In this document: positions 14,759 through 29,999 of the stretch, piece by piece
Layout of the letters: every line of letters starts with the position of its first letter
How positions within the stretch are numbered: position 1 is the first letter of the stretch
Notes under the pieces: model-generated
What the model was told of the DNA's origin: nothing
What the model saw: the letters and a program-made list of their open reading frames with translations, nothing else
Databases searched by the model: none
Position numbers and translations under genes: made by a program
NCBI RefSeq assembly: GCF_009914755.1
Contig: NC_060940.1
DNA length: 64,000 nt
Strand: one strand, 5' to 3'
Source of the DNA: the human T2T-CHM13v2.0 reference genome, Homo sapiens

Positions 14759-15875
14759 AACTTATGTGAACCAGATGTGAACAATGACTGATATGAAAGA
14801 TGTTTGGTGAATATAATTCTTTCCTATGCATGTTAACTTAGACATTTAGACATTTATCGTTAATCATAATACAACAAAAAAGTACAGTTTAAACTATGAT
14901 TGCCTGTTACACGTTTTCACGTTGCAATGCCTGGACAGAACACAGTTTTAAAGCAGCACATGTGCATAGACACACACATTTTAATCTCAGTGATAGGTTT
15001 TCTTTTAGGATATGTGTTGCATGAATCTTTCAATTCTAGAAACTTTCCAATATTCACACGGGGTTGCCAAACCAAAAAATAACTCATTTATTTTTTTGTA
15101 CAAGAAAATACAAATAAAAAGAGAAACTTGCGTATGGAATTCCAAGAGGGGAAAAAGGATGATGCTGGTATTTGCTAATAACAAATCATTCATCTCTAAG
15201 TAACAATACCTTAATAATCAACAGTTCACACAGAGAAAGGTAAGCCCAACTAAGTCAATATCGCTTAAGATCACTGCCCACCTATTTTTACCCAGTTAGG
15301 ATAGTGAGAAGAAATTGTAATATATTGCTAAGTGGACTTTACCATCAGAGAAACCTGGGATTCAATCTGTACTCTGACACTGACTATCTTGTTTCTTTGG
15401 GCAATTCCCTGACATCTCTTGAGTTCCAATTTACAATTATTATGTGTCAATCATGGAAAAAAAAGATAAAAAATGGAAAATAATTCCATAAAATACTGTT
15501 AAGATAATGAAATAAGATAATATATATACAGCAATAGACACATTATGGATGTTCCAAAAATAGTTGCTCTTATTCTTTTTGAATTGAAATAGGTTAGTTC
15601 TAGCCTACATAAAAATCAATGCTAATACATGAAGCCTTCTTTAACTCGGACTGCACAATGCTAACAGAGGATTAAATAAGATTTTTTTTCTCCCATGTCT
15701 CACAACCATGTTCATTTAATCATAGTTTAATAATGCAGTATTATAATACAATTATTTCAATATTCACTGTGCATTTGTGTAAATATATACACACAAACAC
15801 ACACACACCTACACACGTTATTTGGATAATGTTATAAAGCAACATAAAGTACTAAACCATAACTGCCAGCAGTAG

Positions 15876-15876
<1 letters not shown>

Positions 15877-15928
<52 letters not shown>

Positions 15929-16095
15929 TATATATACATATATATACATATATATATACATATATATGTGTTATAGATAGATGTTATGTTACATGTATGT
16001 ATATATACACATGTATATGTGTTTATCTACCTTCATCTCTCTCTCATACATACATATATATGAGAGATAGAATGTGTGTATGTGTATTTATATAG
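15877..16095. repeat. (TA)n(CA)n microsatellite and degenerate TA-rich flank
   Basis: Direct reading. Confidence 0.92.
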
Positions 16096-17259
16096 TGAGT
16101 AGATACAGTATTTAGTTTCCATCGATGAAAAGATAATCAGTATGAAATGCAGTAGCAAATGGCCACTAAATAATGTGTTTTATTAATTAGATAACCATCT
16201 AATTTCAATTATACTTTATTGCTGAACTTATCTCCAAGAAAACAAGTTTAGAAAGTTAACAGGTAAATCTAATTAGAGTGTATTGCTTCCTGGCACTGTT
16301 TGGGGTTAGCATAATGGTTTTCTGCTTGCAAATAAAGCATTAGAATTTCAATAGTCTATGAAACATGTTTTATTTACTTACAGATAAAAACATTTATTTT
16401 CATTTTAATAAAAATAAAAATAATTTAAAAAATATTTTTGTCCAGAAAAAACATGAATACAGTTAAAGTGCAAAACGAGATCGTGAGAACATTTTTTACT
16501 ATTAAAGTGACAAATTTTAGCATTTATGTCATTAAGCATGTTAATTGTACATGTAATTCTATTTTACTGTGTTTTAATAAACTGTTAATTTAGAACAGTT
16601 TTAGATATTGTTTGAGTTCTTATATAACCCACATTTGGTTTCCACTCTAATTAACTTTATCAGTATGGCATTTTTGTTACAATGAATGAACCAAATTTGA
16701 TACATTTGGTTTGTGCATTATTCATGTTTTCTTATGTTCTTTTTCTGTTTCAGCATATATTATATTTAGTAGTTAAAGATCCTAGGCACCCATTAACTGT
16801 AATAGTTTTACAGACTTTTTAAGTTTTTGATGACTTTGACAATTTTGAGAATTGGTCAAGCATTTTGTAAATTGTACCTCAATTGAGATTTGTCTGGCAT
16901 TTTTCTCAAGGTTAGAGTGAGAAAGCAAGTTATGTGCTTTTGGGAGGAGAACCAAAAATTTAAAGTGCCATATTCTCACGTGATGTCAAGGGAGCATGTT
17001 ACCAACATGACATCACTATTGACGTTAACCTTGATGCCTACCTGAAGTAGTGTTTCTCAGGTTTCTCCACTGTAAAGTGACTACTGACTCTTTCATACTG
17101 TACTCTTTGGAAGGAAGTCAGTATACACAGCCCACACTTAAAAGAGTGAAGAGTTATTTTCCATCTCCTTAATGGCAAAGTATCTATATAAGTTATCTAG
17201 AATTAGGCATAAGAGTGCTGTCTATTCTCTCCATTAAAAAAATTATTCAATAACTTATT

Positions 17260-17393
17260 ATTATTATTATTGAGTCAGAGTCTCTGCCACCCATCCCGCT
17301 TGTCCTTCTGTATAGTCCCCCAGGCTGGAGTGAAGTAGTGTGGTCACAGCTCACTGAAGCCTTGACCTCCCATGCTCAAGAGATCTTCCTACC
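17260..17393 (-). mobile_element. Truncated AluJ/FLAM fragment with (TTA)n tail
   Basis: CAGGCTGGAGTG..CACAGCTCACTGAAGCCTTGACCTCC..GCTCAAGAGATCTTCCTACCTC; TSD TCAATAACTTATT (17247-17259) / TCAATAATTTATT (17394-17406). Confidence 0.8.
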
Positions 17394-18271
17394 TCAATAA
17401 TTTATTTACATTGTATGGATTCACAGATTTTTATATTTTGAGCTATAATCTAATAAAACTTTATTTTGTTGCTCAAATTATTCCACCTTTGGTTATTGGG
17501 AGCTTTTTCAATTGATTTCTGTGTATCTTTGACATAAAATCACATATTGCCATTATTGTGATTTTTAACACTATTTTACTTTCTGCATTACAGGATACTG
17601 GAGGTTTATTTTGTATCTATCATACCCTAGTCTTAGAATCAGTCAAATCTTCAAGGAGATCTGGTTCCTTTCGTTGGAGAATGGTGTTAGAAAACAAGAT
17701 CTAAATAGTAGGTATGCTTGTGTCTACTGAGGTGGTGGTGCTTCTATACTCTGTAAGCTGAGAAGGCAAGAAAATGTATGTGTATATTAACTTATGGATA
17801 TATATTAACTTATGGATATTTATATATATATATTCCTATCTATAACCATCTCTAGCTATATTAAGGTAAACATGAGTTTATACTGATGATGCCAACATTA
17901 ACTCATTCCCTCGTAGATCATTCTAGAGTTCTTACATGTCTGTAAACTCCCCCTCCAGCACTGAGAAACCTTTCACCACTTGCTATTCATTTGTTTAATT
18001 TTACACCTCTAGTATGAATTTATAGCAGTACTAGAATGATTAGCCAGTACTCCTGTAGGAAAGGACTTTTCCAACTAGGGTACACTCTCTATGTATAGTT
18101 TCTTCTCCCTTTATTCTTAGACTACACACATTTCCAAAATTACTTAGGTCAAAAAATTTTTTTTCCACCTCATTTAAGGAAATTGTTTTGTATATATTTA
18201 AAACAGTTCAATTGTCCTGTCCCATTCTACCCATTCTGCATTCCACCTGGGGACCCAACCACCCCATCTGT

Positions 18272-18273
<2 letters not shown>

Positions 18274-18328
<55 letters not shown>

Positions 18329-18432
18329 TATGTATATATATATATATATACACACACATATCCATATATATACACACACACACACATATATATACATATG
18401 TGTGTATACATACATACATACACTAGGGATGT

Positions 18433-18469
<37 letters not shown>
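18274..18469. repeat. (TA)n-(CA/TA)n-(TG)n compound microsatellite
   Basis: Direct reading; accounts for the five overlapping YIYI/THTH/CVCV ORFs. Confidence 0.97.
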
Positions 18470-18471
<2 letters not shown>

Positions 18472-20165
18472 TTAAAACTTTATATACACCAGGGTTCAAT
18501 TTTTTTATGCTATAAAGTTCTATGTCTTTTGCCAAATGTATGGTGTCATGCATCCTCCATGACAATATTATAAAAAATAGTTTTATAACCCTAAAAAATC
18601 CCTTGTGTTTCACTTCCTCAGTTCTCCTTCCTTCTCCCCTCCTCTCTGGTCACCACTGATCCTATAATCTCTGTTTTACCTTTCTCAAAATGCCATACAT
18701 GTGAAAGTATGTGTTACATAGCCTTTTCAGATTTGTTTCTTTCACCTATCATTAGCATATACACTATTTCTCTGTCTTTTCATGAACTGATTTTTTTTTT
18801 TTTTTTTTTGCTGAACAATATTCCATTGTAAGGATGTACCAGATATTGTTTAAAAATTTACCTATTGAAAGACATCTTGGTTGATCCCATTTTGGGGCTA
18901 TTATAAATAAAGCTAATATCATCATTCACTTGCATATTTTTGAGTAGGCATAGTTTTCAAATCAATTGTATAAATATCTAGGAGCAGAATTGCCAAATTA
19001 TATGGGGAAGGCTGTTCAGAGCTTTGTCAGAAGCTACCAAATCGTCTTCCAAAGCAGCTGTATCATTTTGCATCCCCTCCAAGAATGATTAAGAGTCCTC
19101 TTGATTGACATGCTCACAGACAAATGGCATTGTCTGTCTTGTATTATTTTAAAAATTTTACTCATTCTGTTATGAACGTAATGATATCTCACTGTTGCTT
19201 TCATTTGAAGCCCTCTAGTGTAACATGATGTGACTTTTTTTCATATGTATTTGCTATCTGTAAATCTTAGTAGATGTATCTGTTTAGATCTTTTGCCCAT
19301 ATTTTAATTGAAATGTGTACTTTCTTATAGTTGACTTTTAACACTTCTTTGTATGTTTGAAATAAATTATTATATATTTGTTTTGCAAACATTTTTTCCA
19401 AGTCTGTGACTTTTTTTTTTTGTATTCTCTTTGTAACAATGTCTTTTGTAGAGTAGAATTTTCTAATTTTAACAAAATCCAACTTTCTTTTTCTTGGATC
19501 AAGCATTCCTTATTATATCCAAAACACATGGACGAACCCAAAGATCATCTAGATCTTCTCAAGTGTTCCTCTTAAAATTTTATAATAGTGTGTTTTACAT
19601 TTAAATCTAACATCCATTTTGCATGTATTCTTGTGAAAGCTGTAATGCCTGTGTTTAGGTTGTTTGGCATATAGACATCTAATTGTCCGAGTAAAATTAT
19701 TGAAAATATATCATTTCTTTATTGATTAGCCTTTATTCCTTTGTCAAAGATCAGTTGACTATATTTTTATAGGTCTACTTCTGGACTCTGCTCTATTCTG
19801 TTGATACATGTATTTATGCTCTCTTGATTTTCTGTATAAGTCGAGTCAAGTAATACAAGTACTCCAGCTTGCTCTTCTTAAGCATTTTGTTGGCTATTCA
19901 AGGTTTTTCAATATAAACTTCAGAATGAGCTTTTTGATATCTATAAAGTAGTTTACTGGGAGTTGGTTGGGACTATACTGAATCTGTAGATTATTTTGGA
20001 AAAAATTGACATATTAGCAATATTGATCCTCTAATCCATGAGTATAGAATGTCACTCCATTTACTTAGATTTTTAAATTACTTTATATTACTGTTTTATA
20101 GTTTTTAACATACAGATTTTGCACATATTTTAATTTATACATATTTCATTTTTCCAGCGCTATTG

Positions 20166-20585
20166 TGATATAGTTTGGATGCCTGACCCCCCCCAAATCT
20201 GATGCTGGAATGTGATTTCCCATGTTGAAGGTGGGGTCTGGTGAGAGGTGATTAGATCATGGGGGTGGATCCCTCATGAATAGTTTAGTACCATCCCCTT
20301 GGTGATAAGTGAGTTCTCACTCAGTTAGTTCATGAAACATCCGGTTGGTCAAAAGTGCGTGGCACCGCCCCCCTCACTCTCTCTTGTTCTCTCTCTGGTC
20401 GTATGACATGCTGGCTGCCCATCACCTTCCATCATGATTATAACCTTCCCGAGCCCCTCACCAGAAACAGATGCTGGTGCCATACTTGTACATCCTGCAG
20501 AATCGTGAGCCAATTAAATTTCTTTTCTTTATAAATTACCCAGCCTCAGGTATTCCTTTATATCAATGCAAAATGACCTAATATA
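20166..20585 (+). mobile_element. MaLR solo LTR (MSTB-like) inserted in L1M
   Basis: TGATATAGTTTGGATG start..AAATTACCCAGCCTCAGGTATTCCTTTAT..CCTAATATA end; perfect TSD TATTG at 20161-20165 and 20586-20590. Confidence 0.92.
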
Positions 20586-21636
20586 TATTGTAAATGGTAT
20601 TTTATGAGAGTTCAAATTTTAATCATGCGTTTCTAATACATAGGAAGGAAATTAGCCTTTTATATTAACATTGTATCTTGTAACCTGGCTACACACATTT
20701 ATTGGTTCCAGGAATTGTTTTGTTGATTTTGTAAGACTTTCTATTATATTATGTAATTTGCTAATAAAGAATGCATACTTATTCTTTCCCAATTTGTGTG
20801 CCTTTTATTTACTTTTCTTGTCTTATTTATCTCAAATGACTTTCAATATGATGTTGTAAATGAAAGTTGAAAGAAGATATCCTTGCATTGTTGCTACTCT
20901 TAGGAGAAAAGTATCCAATTTCTCACCATGCTGCAGGGTTATTGAAGATGTTCTCCATTGAGTTGAGGATGTTGCCTTCCGTTTCTGAAAATTTTTATTT
21001 TGCCAAAAGTTTTTATCATTCGTGTTGGAGTTTTTGAATCCCTTTTTATCAATTAATATGCTCATAAATGTTTTCTTTAGACTGTCTATGTGATGTCTTA
21101 TGTTGATTTTTGAAGGTTGAGGCAACTTTGTACATCTGAAATAAATCCCGCTGGTCATGGTGTAGTCTTTTTATATATTGCTGGATTTTATATAATAATA
21201 TTTTGTTGAAGACTTTTGCATTTGTGTTTATGAGAAATGAACTCAGTAGTTTTCCTTTCTTATAATGTCTTTAGCTGTTTTTATTATTATGGTAATGTCC
21301 TTGTAGAATGAGTTTGCAGATATAAGCAGAGTTTTCCTCTGCTTATATTTTCCAGAATATATTTCAGAGAATTACTGTTATTTTTACCTTAAATGTTTGG
21401 TAGAATCCACCCACGAAACCACCTGTTACTGGTTCTTTCTTAAAAGGTTATTAATTACTGACTCAATTTCTTAAATAGATACCAGCCTAATCATTTTACA
21501 TATCTCTCCTTGTGTGAGTTTTTGTAGTTTGTTTCTTTCAAAAAACTGGTCCATTTTCTGTTATCAAATTTTGGGGTACAGAATTGTTCATGTTTTTATT
21601 ACCCTTTTAATAACTATGTGATCAGCTGTGATGACC

Positions 21637-23967
21637 TGCTATGGTCTGAATGTTGGTGTCCCCCAAAATTTATATATTGGAATCCAATACCCAATGTGAG
21701 AGTTTTAAGAAGTGGGACGTTTTTGGAAATAATTAAGTCATGAGGGCTCCACCCTCAAGAATGGAATTGGTGTGTTTCTATTAAAGAGGTTGAAAGGAAC
21801 TGTCTTGCCTCCTTCCACCATGTGAGGCTGCACCAACAAGGCAAATGTTTGAAGTACAGAACAAATACTTACTGGACACCAAATTGCCCAGTGACTTAAT
21901 CTTGGACTTCCCAGCCTGAAGAACTGAGCAATACATTTCTGTTGTTTACAAAATACCTAGTCTAAGGTATTTTGTTATACCAACCCAAATGAACTAAAAC
22001 AGAAGTTGGTACCATAAGTGGAGTGCTACTATAACAAATATCTAAAAATGTGGAAGCATCTTTGAAACTAGGTAATGGATAGAGGCTGAAACAGTTTGGA
22101 GGTGTGTGTTGGAAGAAGCCTGTGCTGCTATGAATGGACCATAGAGCATGATTCTAGTGAGCATTCAGAATAAGAAGTGAGCTGTAGAGAAAGCCTCAAT
22201 CATCTTAGAGATGATTTAAGAGATTGTGTAGAAATAAGGATGCTAAAAGCCTTTCTAATGAGGCCTCAGATGGAAATGAGAACATTCTATTGGAAACTTG
22301 AAGAGAAGACATTTTTGTACAAAGTGGCAAAGAACTTTGCTGAATCATGTTTGTGTCCTAGTGTTTTGTGGAGGGCAGATTTTGTGGGCCAAAAAAAATG
22401 GGATATTTTGCAAAAGAAATCTCTACGCAAACTGCTGAGATATGGCATGACTTATCTTGAGTGCTTAGAGTACAATGCAAGAAAAGATAAACCAACTAAA
22501 GGTGGAATTTGTCACCATAAGGGAAGAAAGACTTAAAGATTTAGAAATTTTCCAGCCTCGCTGCATTGCAAATAATGAAAAAACCTGTTCTCAGGAGAGA
22601 ACACCAAAGATGTGGCCAAGCTACACTTTGATAAGGAGATTAGCATGGATAGGCAGAAGCCTGGTGCCGTTCATCAAGACAATGTGTAAATGAACCCAAA
22701 GGCATTTCAGAAATCTTTTGGGCTGCTCTGCCCATCATAGGGCCTAGAATATCAAGACTTGGGAACGGAAAATTTTCAAGATTCTCTACTTGCATTCTGG
22801 TGCAGTAATCCTTGGCTGTCCCAGTTGTGGCTCAAGTGGGCCCATGTGTGGCTCAGGTTGCCCTTCCAAAAGGCAGACTGTAAACCTTGGTACTGTCTAT
22901 GCAATGCCTTTGCACCAGGGTGCAGATTACATAAGCTGTGAGGGCGTGAATTCTCTACCTAGATTTCAAAAAATGCCATAGAAAGCTTCAGAGTCCAGGC
23001 AGAGAATTGTCACAGGGACAGAACTACTGAAGACAGTACCCAGTAGGGCAATGCCTAATGAAGCTGTGTGGACAGGGCTGCCACAAAAACCCCAGTCTGC
23101 ACAAGTCACAGGCACAACTTTCCAACTCATCAGAGTTTTAGCACTGAGCAAAACCACTGTGATAAGGCCCCTTGAAATCATGGGGATCCAACCCCCACCC
23201 AGGTATGTCAAGAAAAGCAAAGCAGGACTTCGACACAAAAATTATTCTTGAACATTAAGATTTTATGTTTGCTTTGTTGGCTTTTGGATTTAGTCAGGAC
23301 CTGTTATTTTATGCTTTCCTACTTCTCCCTTTTGGAATGAAAATGTTCATCCTATGCCTATCCCACTGCTGTATTTTGAAAACAGATGACTTGTTTGATA
23401 CCACGGGCTCACAGCTGAAAAGGAATTTGCTTTGTGATTAATCACATATTTGAGTCTCATTCACATCTGATTTAGATAAAACTTAGGACTTTAGACTTCT
23501 GAATTTGTTCTGGAACAAGATTAGATTTGGGGGCTATTGAGATGGAATGAATGTATTTTGCATGTGAGAAGAGCATGACTTTTGTGGGGGTGGGGGCAGA
23601 GATAGAATGCTATGGTCTGAATGTCGTTGTCCACCCAAAATTACTATGTTGAAACCTAATATCTAGTAGGATAATATTAAGAAATGGGGCTTTATGGAAT
23701 GATTAAACCACGAGGGCCCCATTTCCATGAATGAGATTAGTTCTGTCATAAAATAGATTGTGGTCTTGCACCCCTCTACCATGTGAGGACTCCACAAGAA
23801 GGCACCATCTTCCAAGCAGAGAGCAAGTCTTCACCAGACACTGAATCAGCTGGCACCTTGATCTTGGGCTTCCCAGTTCCACAACTGTTATATTAAATAC
23901 ATTTCTGTTGTTTTAAAATTACCTAGTCTAAGGCATTTTGTTACAGAACCCTGGATAGACCAAGTTA
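21637..23967 (+). mobile_element. Complete MaLR element, MLT1A-type: LTR (21637-22001), internal region, LTR (23608-23967)
   Basis: Both LTRs begin TGCTATGGTCTGAATGT and carry TACCTAGTCTAAGG near their ends; internal region starts GAAGTTGGTACC..GTGGAAGCATCTTTGAAACTAGGTAATGG; purine-rich PPT before the 3' LTR; perfect TSD TGACC at 21632-21636 and 23968-23972. Confidence 0.92.
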
Positions 23968-26900
23968 TGACCTCTGTTTTGTTTCTAATACTGTTATTTG
24001 TATCTTCTTTTTTTTTCTTGGTTAGCTTGATTAGAAGTAGAACACTTTTACTGAAATTTTCAAAGAATTGACTTTAGGGTTTATTGATTTTTCTTTTTCT
24101 TTTTTCAATTTCATTGAGGTCTGCTCTAATTTTTATTTCTTTTTTTTTCTGCTTGCTTGCTATAGCTTGAATTGTTCTTCTTTCTCTATTTTCCTAATAT
24201 GGAAGTTATATTATTAATTTAAAATGTTTAATGTCTTCTAATACATAAATTTAATGCTACAAATTTAATCTCTACTGATTTTTCTGCATCTCACAAAATT
24301 TAATGATATACATTTATTTTAATTTAAAACAGAAAGCTTGCATATTTCTTGAGACTTTTGACCCATGTTAGAAGTGTGTGTGTGTGTTTTATCTCTAAAT
24401 AATTGGGGGCTTTCCAGATATATTTTCAATATATATTGATTTTTCAGTTTAATTTTATTTTGGGCTGAAACCATAATTTGCATTACTTCTATTCTTTTAA
24501 ATTTGTTAAAGTAACATTTCTGGTTCAGAATGTGTTTTATCTTGGTGAATATTCCATCCTGTTACTGTATGAAGTGTTTTATAAAATGTCAGTTAGATCA
24601 AGTTGATTGATAGTACTCTTCAGGTCAACTATACCCTTACCAATTTTATATCTGCTTGATGCATCCCTTACTGAAAGATGATGTTGAATCTCCAATTACA
24701 ATACCAAGTTTATCTATATCTCTTTTCTATCAGTCTGTAATTTGATACTCTGTTGCTAGGTTCATACACCTTTAGGATTGTTTTATTTCTTGAGGAATTG
24801 ACTCCTTTTTGATATATAATGCCTCTCTTAATTCTCCATAATTTTCCTTTTTCTGAAGCCTCATGTGTCTGAAACTAATTTAGTACTCCAGCTTTCTTCT
24901 GATTCACCATAAGCGTGCAATGTCATTCTCCATCACTTACATTTAGCCTACCTTTTATATTTGAAATCAGTTTCTTGCAGACAAAATATATGGTGGCATC
25001 TTTATTTTTTTATCCACTCTGACAGTGTCTTTTAATTATTTATATTTTGATGATAATTTGAAGTTATTTCTTTAGTATCTTCTGATTAATTTTTATTAAT
25101 TGTAGTTTTTCTTTGTTCCGCCCCGCCCCATGTTTTTCTGACTTATCTGGTTTAAATTGAATGTTTTATATGATTTTATCTCCTCTCCTAGCATATAAAA
25201 CATACTTTAAAATATGTTAGTATTTTTCCTAGAGTTTTCAATACACAATTTTTTACTAATCTATCTTCAAATAATACTATACCAGATCATGTATTGCTTA
25301 GTTTCCTAATAAAAATGTTCCCAATTTCTTCCTCCCTTTATGACCATTGTTGTCATTCCTTTTATTTACCTATATGCTATAATCATTCAATGCATCGTTA
25401 CTATTATTAATCTAAACCATCAGTTATCTTTTAGGAAAATTAAGAATAAGAAAGAAAATATCTTTATGCATTCCTCCTCTCATATTTTTATTTCTTTACA
25501 TAAACTTTCCTACCCATATCATTTTCCTCCTCTCTGAATAACCTCTTTTAACATTTCTTGGAGGACATGTCTGCTGATGGTAAACTCCTTCAGTTTTTGT
25601 TTGTCTGAGAAAGGTTTAATTTCTCCTTTATTTTTGAAAAACAATTTGATTCAATACACAATTTTAGTTTGGTGATTTTTCTTTCAATCCTTTAAATATT
25701 GGACTCCACTCTGTTCTTATTTACAGGACTTCTGCTGAGAAATTCACTGTAATTCTTATCCTATTTCCTCTGCAACTAAGTTGTTTTTCCTTCCTCTATA
25801 GTTTCTTCAAGACTTTTTCTTTGCTTTTGGTGTTCTGCTGTTTGAATATGATATGCCTATGTGTAATACTTTTTGAAGTCCTTAGTCATATATTTCTTCT
25901 GCTCTATTTCTTTTTTCTTTTCATTCTAAAATTTTTATTCTAAATTTATGAATTACATATTCAAAAATATGTATTTTGCACATTTGAAAATTGTCCCACA
26001 TTTCTTGGCAGATGTTCTGAGTTTTTTGTTCTGTTTTTGTTTTTATTTTTTTTTCTCTTTGTCTTTTAGTTTCAGGAATTTCTATTGACCTATCTTCAAG
26101 CTCATGAATTACTTTATTGGCCACGTCCAGTCTGAGAGTATTAAAGAAATTATTCATCTTTTACAATGTCTTTGCTTATCACTCCCTTTATTTTTTAGAG
26201 CTTCCATCTCTCTGCTTACATTAACCATCTGTTCTTTCATGCTGTCTACTTTTCCATTAGAGCCCTTAACATATTAATCAGTTATTTAAAATTCTTTATT
26301 TGATAATTTCAACTCTGCATTATGCTTGCTTTTTCTATTCTGACTCCTTTTCTGTTACTTTTTTGGCATGCCTTGAAATTTTTTTAAAAAGTTGGACACA
26401 CTGTATTGGATAATGGTAAGTAAGGAAAGTAGGTCATTAGCGTGAGGCTTTATTTTAATCTGGCCAGTAATGGGATGTTTTCAATGTTTGTTGTGGCTGT
26501 AGATCCTAAAGTCTTCAAAGTCTTCTAGTGTCCTTCTTTTCCTTTCCCTCTTAACTTTGATCTTCCCTAAGTAGCTCCCCCCTCATAGAACAACTGTGTC
26601 CTACAGTGCTTTCAGTTGTAATGCACTGTTATTATGCCGGAGCTCTACTGGCATGGTAGTAAGATACAAAAGAGGGGAGCATTCTATCGCCTGTAATTGT
26701 ATTATCAAAGGTTAGACTGTTAATAGTCCTGTTTCCCTGGGCCGTGACAGTCACAAGTGTTTCTAAGCTTTTTGTTTAGCCTTAGGTGAGAAAGGAAGGC
26801 TAGAAGGGGGCTGGAATTAAGTGATTTACTTTCCTCCACATTAAACAAAGCTCAGGTAAAGTGTGTTCTCTTGGAGAGGAAGTCTTTGTTAGAGAGAATG

Positions 26901-27341
26901 ATGTAGGAGTATTTAATAACTATTACTCTTCCCATCCACTTGCCAGAGCCAAGAGAAGATATCTCTCAGATCTTCATTATGAGAATCTAGTGAGGTTCCA
27001 TAGGGTTCCTGGAAGTAAAACTCCCAAAAGTCTGGGAATCCCTCTAACACTGTTTCAACCCCAGGGTTTTCTTACTCTTATGTTATTCCAACAATTTATC
27101 ACAATTATCATTTAAGTCTATCAATTTATTGTTCCAGTGTCTTCTGCTCCAGGTAAACAGATCTTGACTGCAGCTCTCTGGTTTTACCCACCAATTCATA
27201 TTTTCAAGTGGCAGTTTGCTTTGTGAACTCAATTTGTCTAAGAAAAATTGTTGATTTCTTTCTTTGGCTATTTCTAGTTGTTAGAATGAAGGTGACAATT
27301 TCCAAGCTTTTTATATTTCAGAGCTAAAATCAAAAGTCCAT

Positions 27342-27718
27342 TGTATTAGTCCATTTTTATACTGCTATAAAGAACTTCCCAAAACTCGGTAATTTATAAA
27401 GGAAAGAGGTTTAATTGACACATGGTTTAGCATGGCTGAGGAGGCCTCAGGAAGCTTACAATCATGGCAGAAAGCAAAGGGGAAGCGAGGTGGCCGGAAG
27501 GAGAGGTTCTGAGTGAAGGGGGAAGAGCCCCTTATAAAACCATCAGATCTGGTGAGAACTCACAATCATGAGAACAGCATAGGGGAAAATGCTCCCATGA
27601 TTCACTTACCTCCACCTGGTCCCTCACTTGACACGTGGGGCTTGTGGGGATTATGGGGATTATGGAGATTACAATTTAAGATGAAATTTGGGTGGGGACA
27701 CAAAGTCTAACCCTATCA
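27342..27718 (-). mobile_element. MaLR solo LTR (THE1C/D-like)
   Basis: TGTATTAGTCCATTTT..AAAGAGGTTTAATTGAC..GAGGCCTCAGGAAGCTTACAATCATGGCAGAA..TGGGTGGGGACACA..CTATCA. Confidence 0.92.
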
Positions 27719-28173
27719 TCTACAGATTGCTATGTTTTCTACTTTATACATGGCAACAGTTTTTGATTTTTAGTTATGCATCAGGCATGGATATCACAAA
27801 ACCAACTTTGTTGTTCAAAAAATGCAACCTGTAAATTTCTTTAAAACAAATTCTATGATTGAGTTCCGGTCCCAGTAACTGACAGATTAGTAAATCTGTT
27901 CAATTCAGGAACTATATGCCTGTTTTCTCAGAATTTTTTTTTGAGTTCCCAGGAAACTGCATGGCAGCCTGCCCTTTGTGCAGTAAGAAAGGAAACACTT
28001 GGATCTTGGTTGTCACATACCCTTATGGCATTTACTGCCGCATCCTCACTTCTACCCAGTTATTGGCTCATGCAGATAATGGCTACTTCTTTCTAGTACC
28101 AGTGGCATGGCCTCCCCAGGTTTGCCAGGTCTCTCTGCCAATGCTGCTCTTGTCTAGAACACACAGAAAATGA

Positions 28174-29999
<1,826 letters not shown>

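Larger units (their letters stand above)
16570..27339 (-). mobile_element. Ancient, apparently full-length L1M (L1MC3-like 3' UTR) with nested insertions
   Basis: In antisense order: long L1MC-type 3' UTR (~16570-18900); ORF2 C-terminal remnant (ORF 19267..19506, LDFVKIRKFYSTKD..WAKDLNR); RT remnant (20832..21158); ORF1 remnant (25921..26157, ELEDRSIEI..QREK..MWDN); L1M-type 5' terminus reading GGACTTTTGATTTTAGCTCTGAAATATAAAAAGCTTGGAA on the minus strand. Confidence 0.8.

Noticed and set aside
18183-18613. Cluster of five ORFs (and similar clusters at 3-247, 2418-2639, 12293-12475, 62133-62650)
   Set aside because: Translations of microsatellites or Alu sequence.
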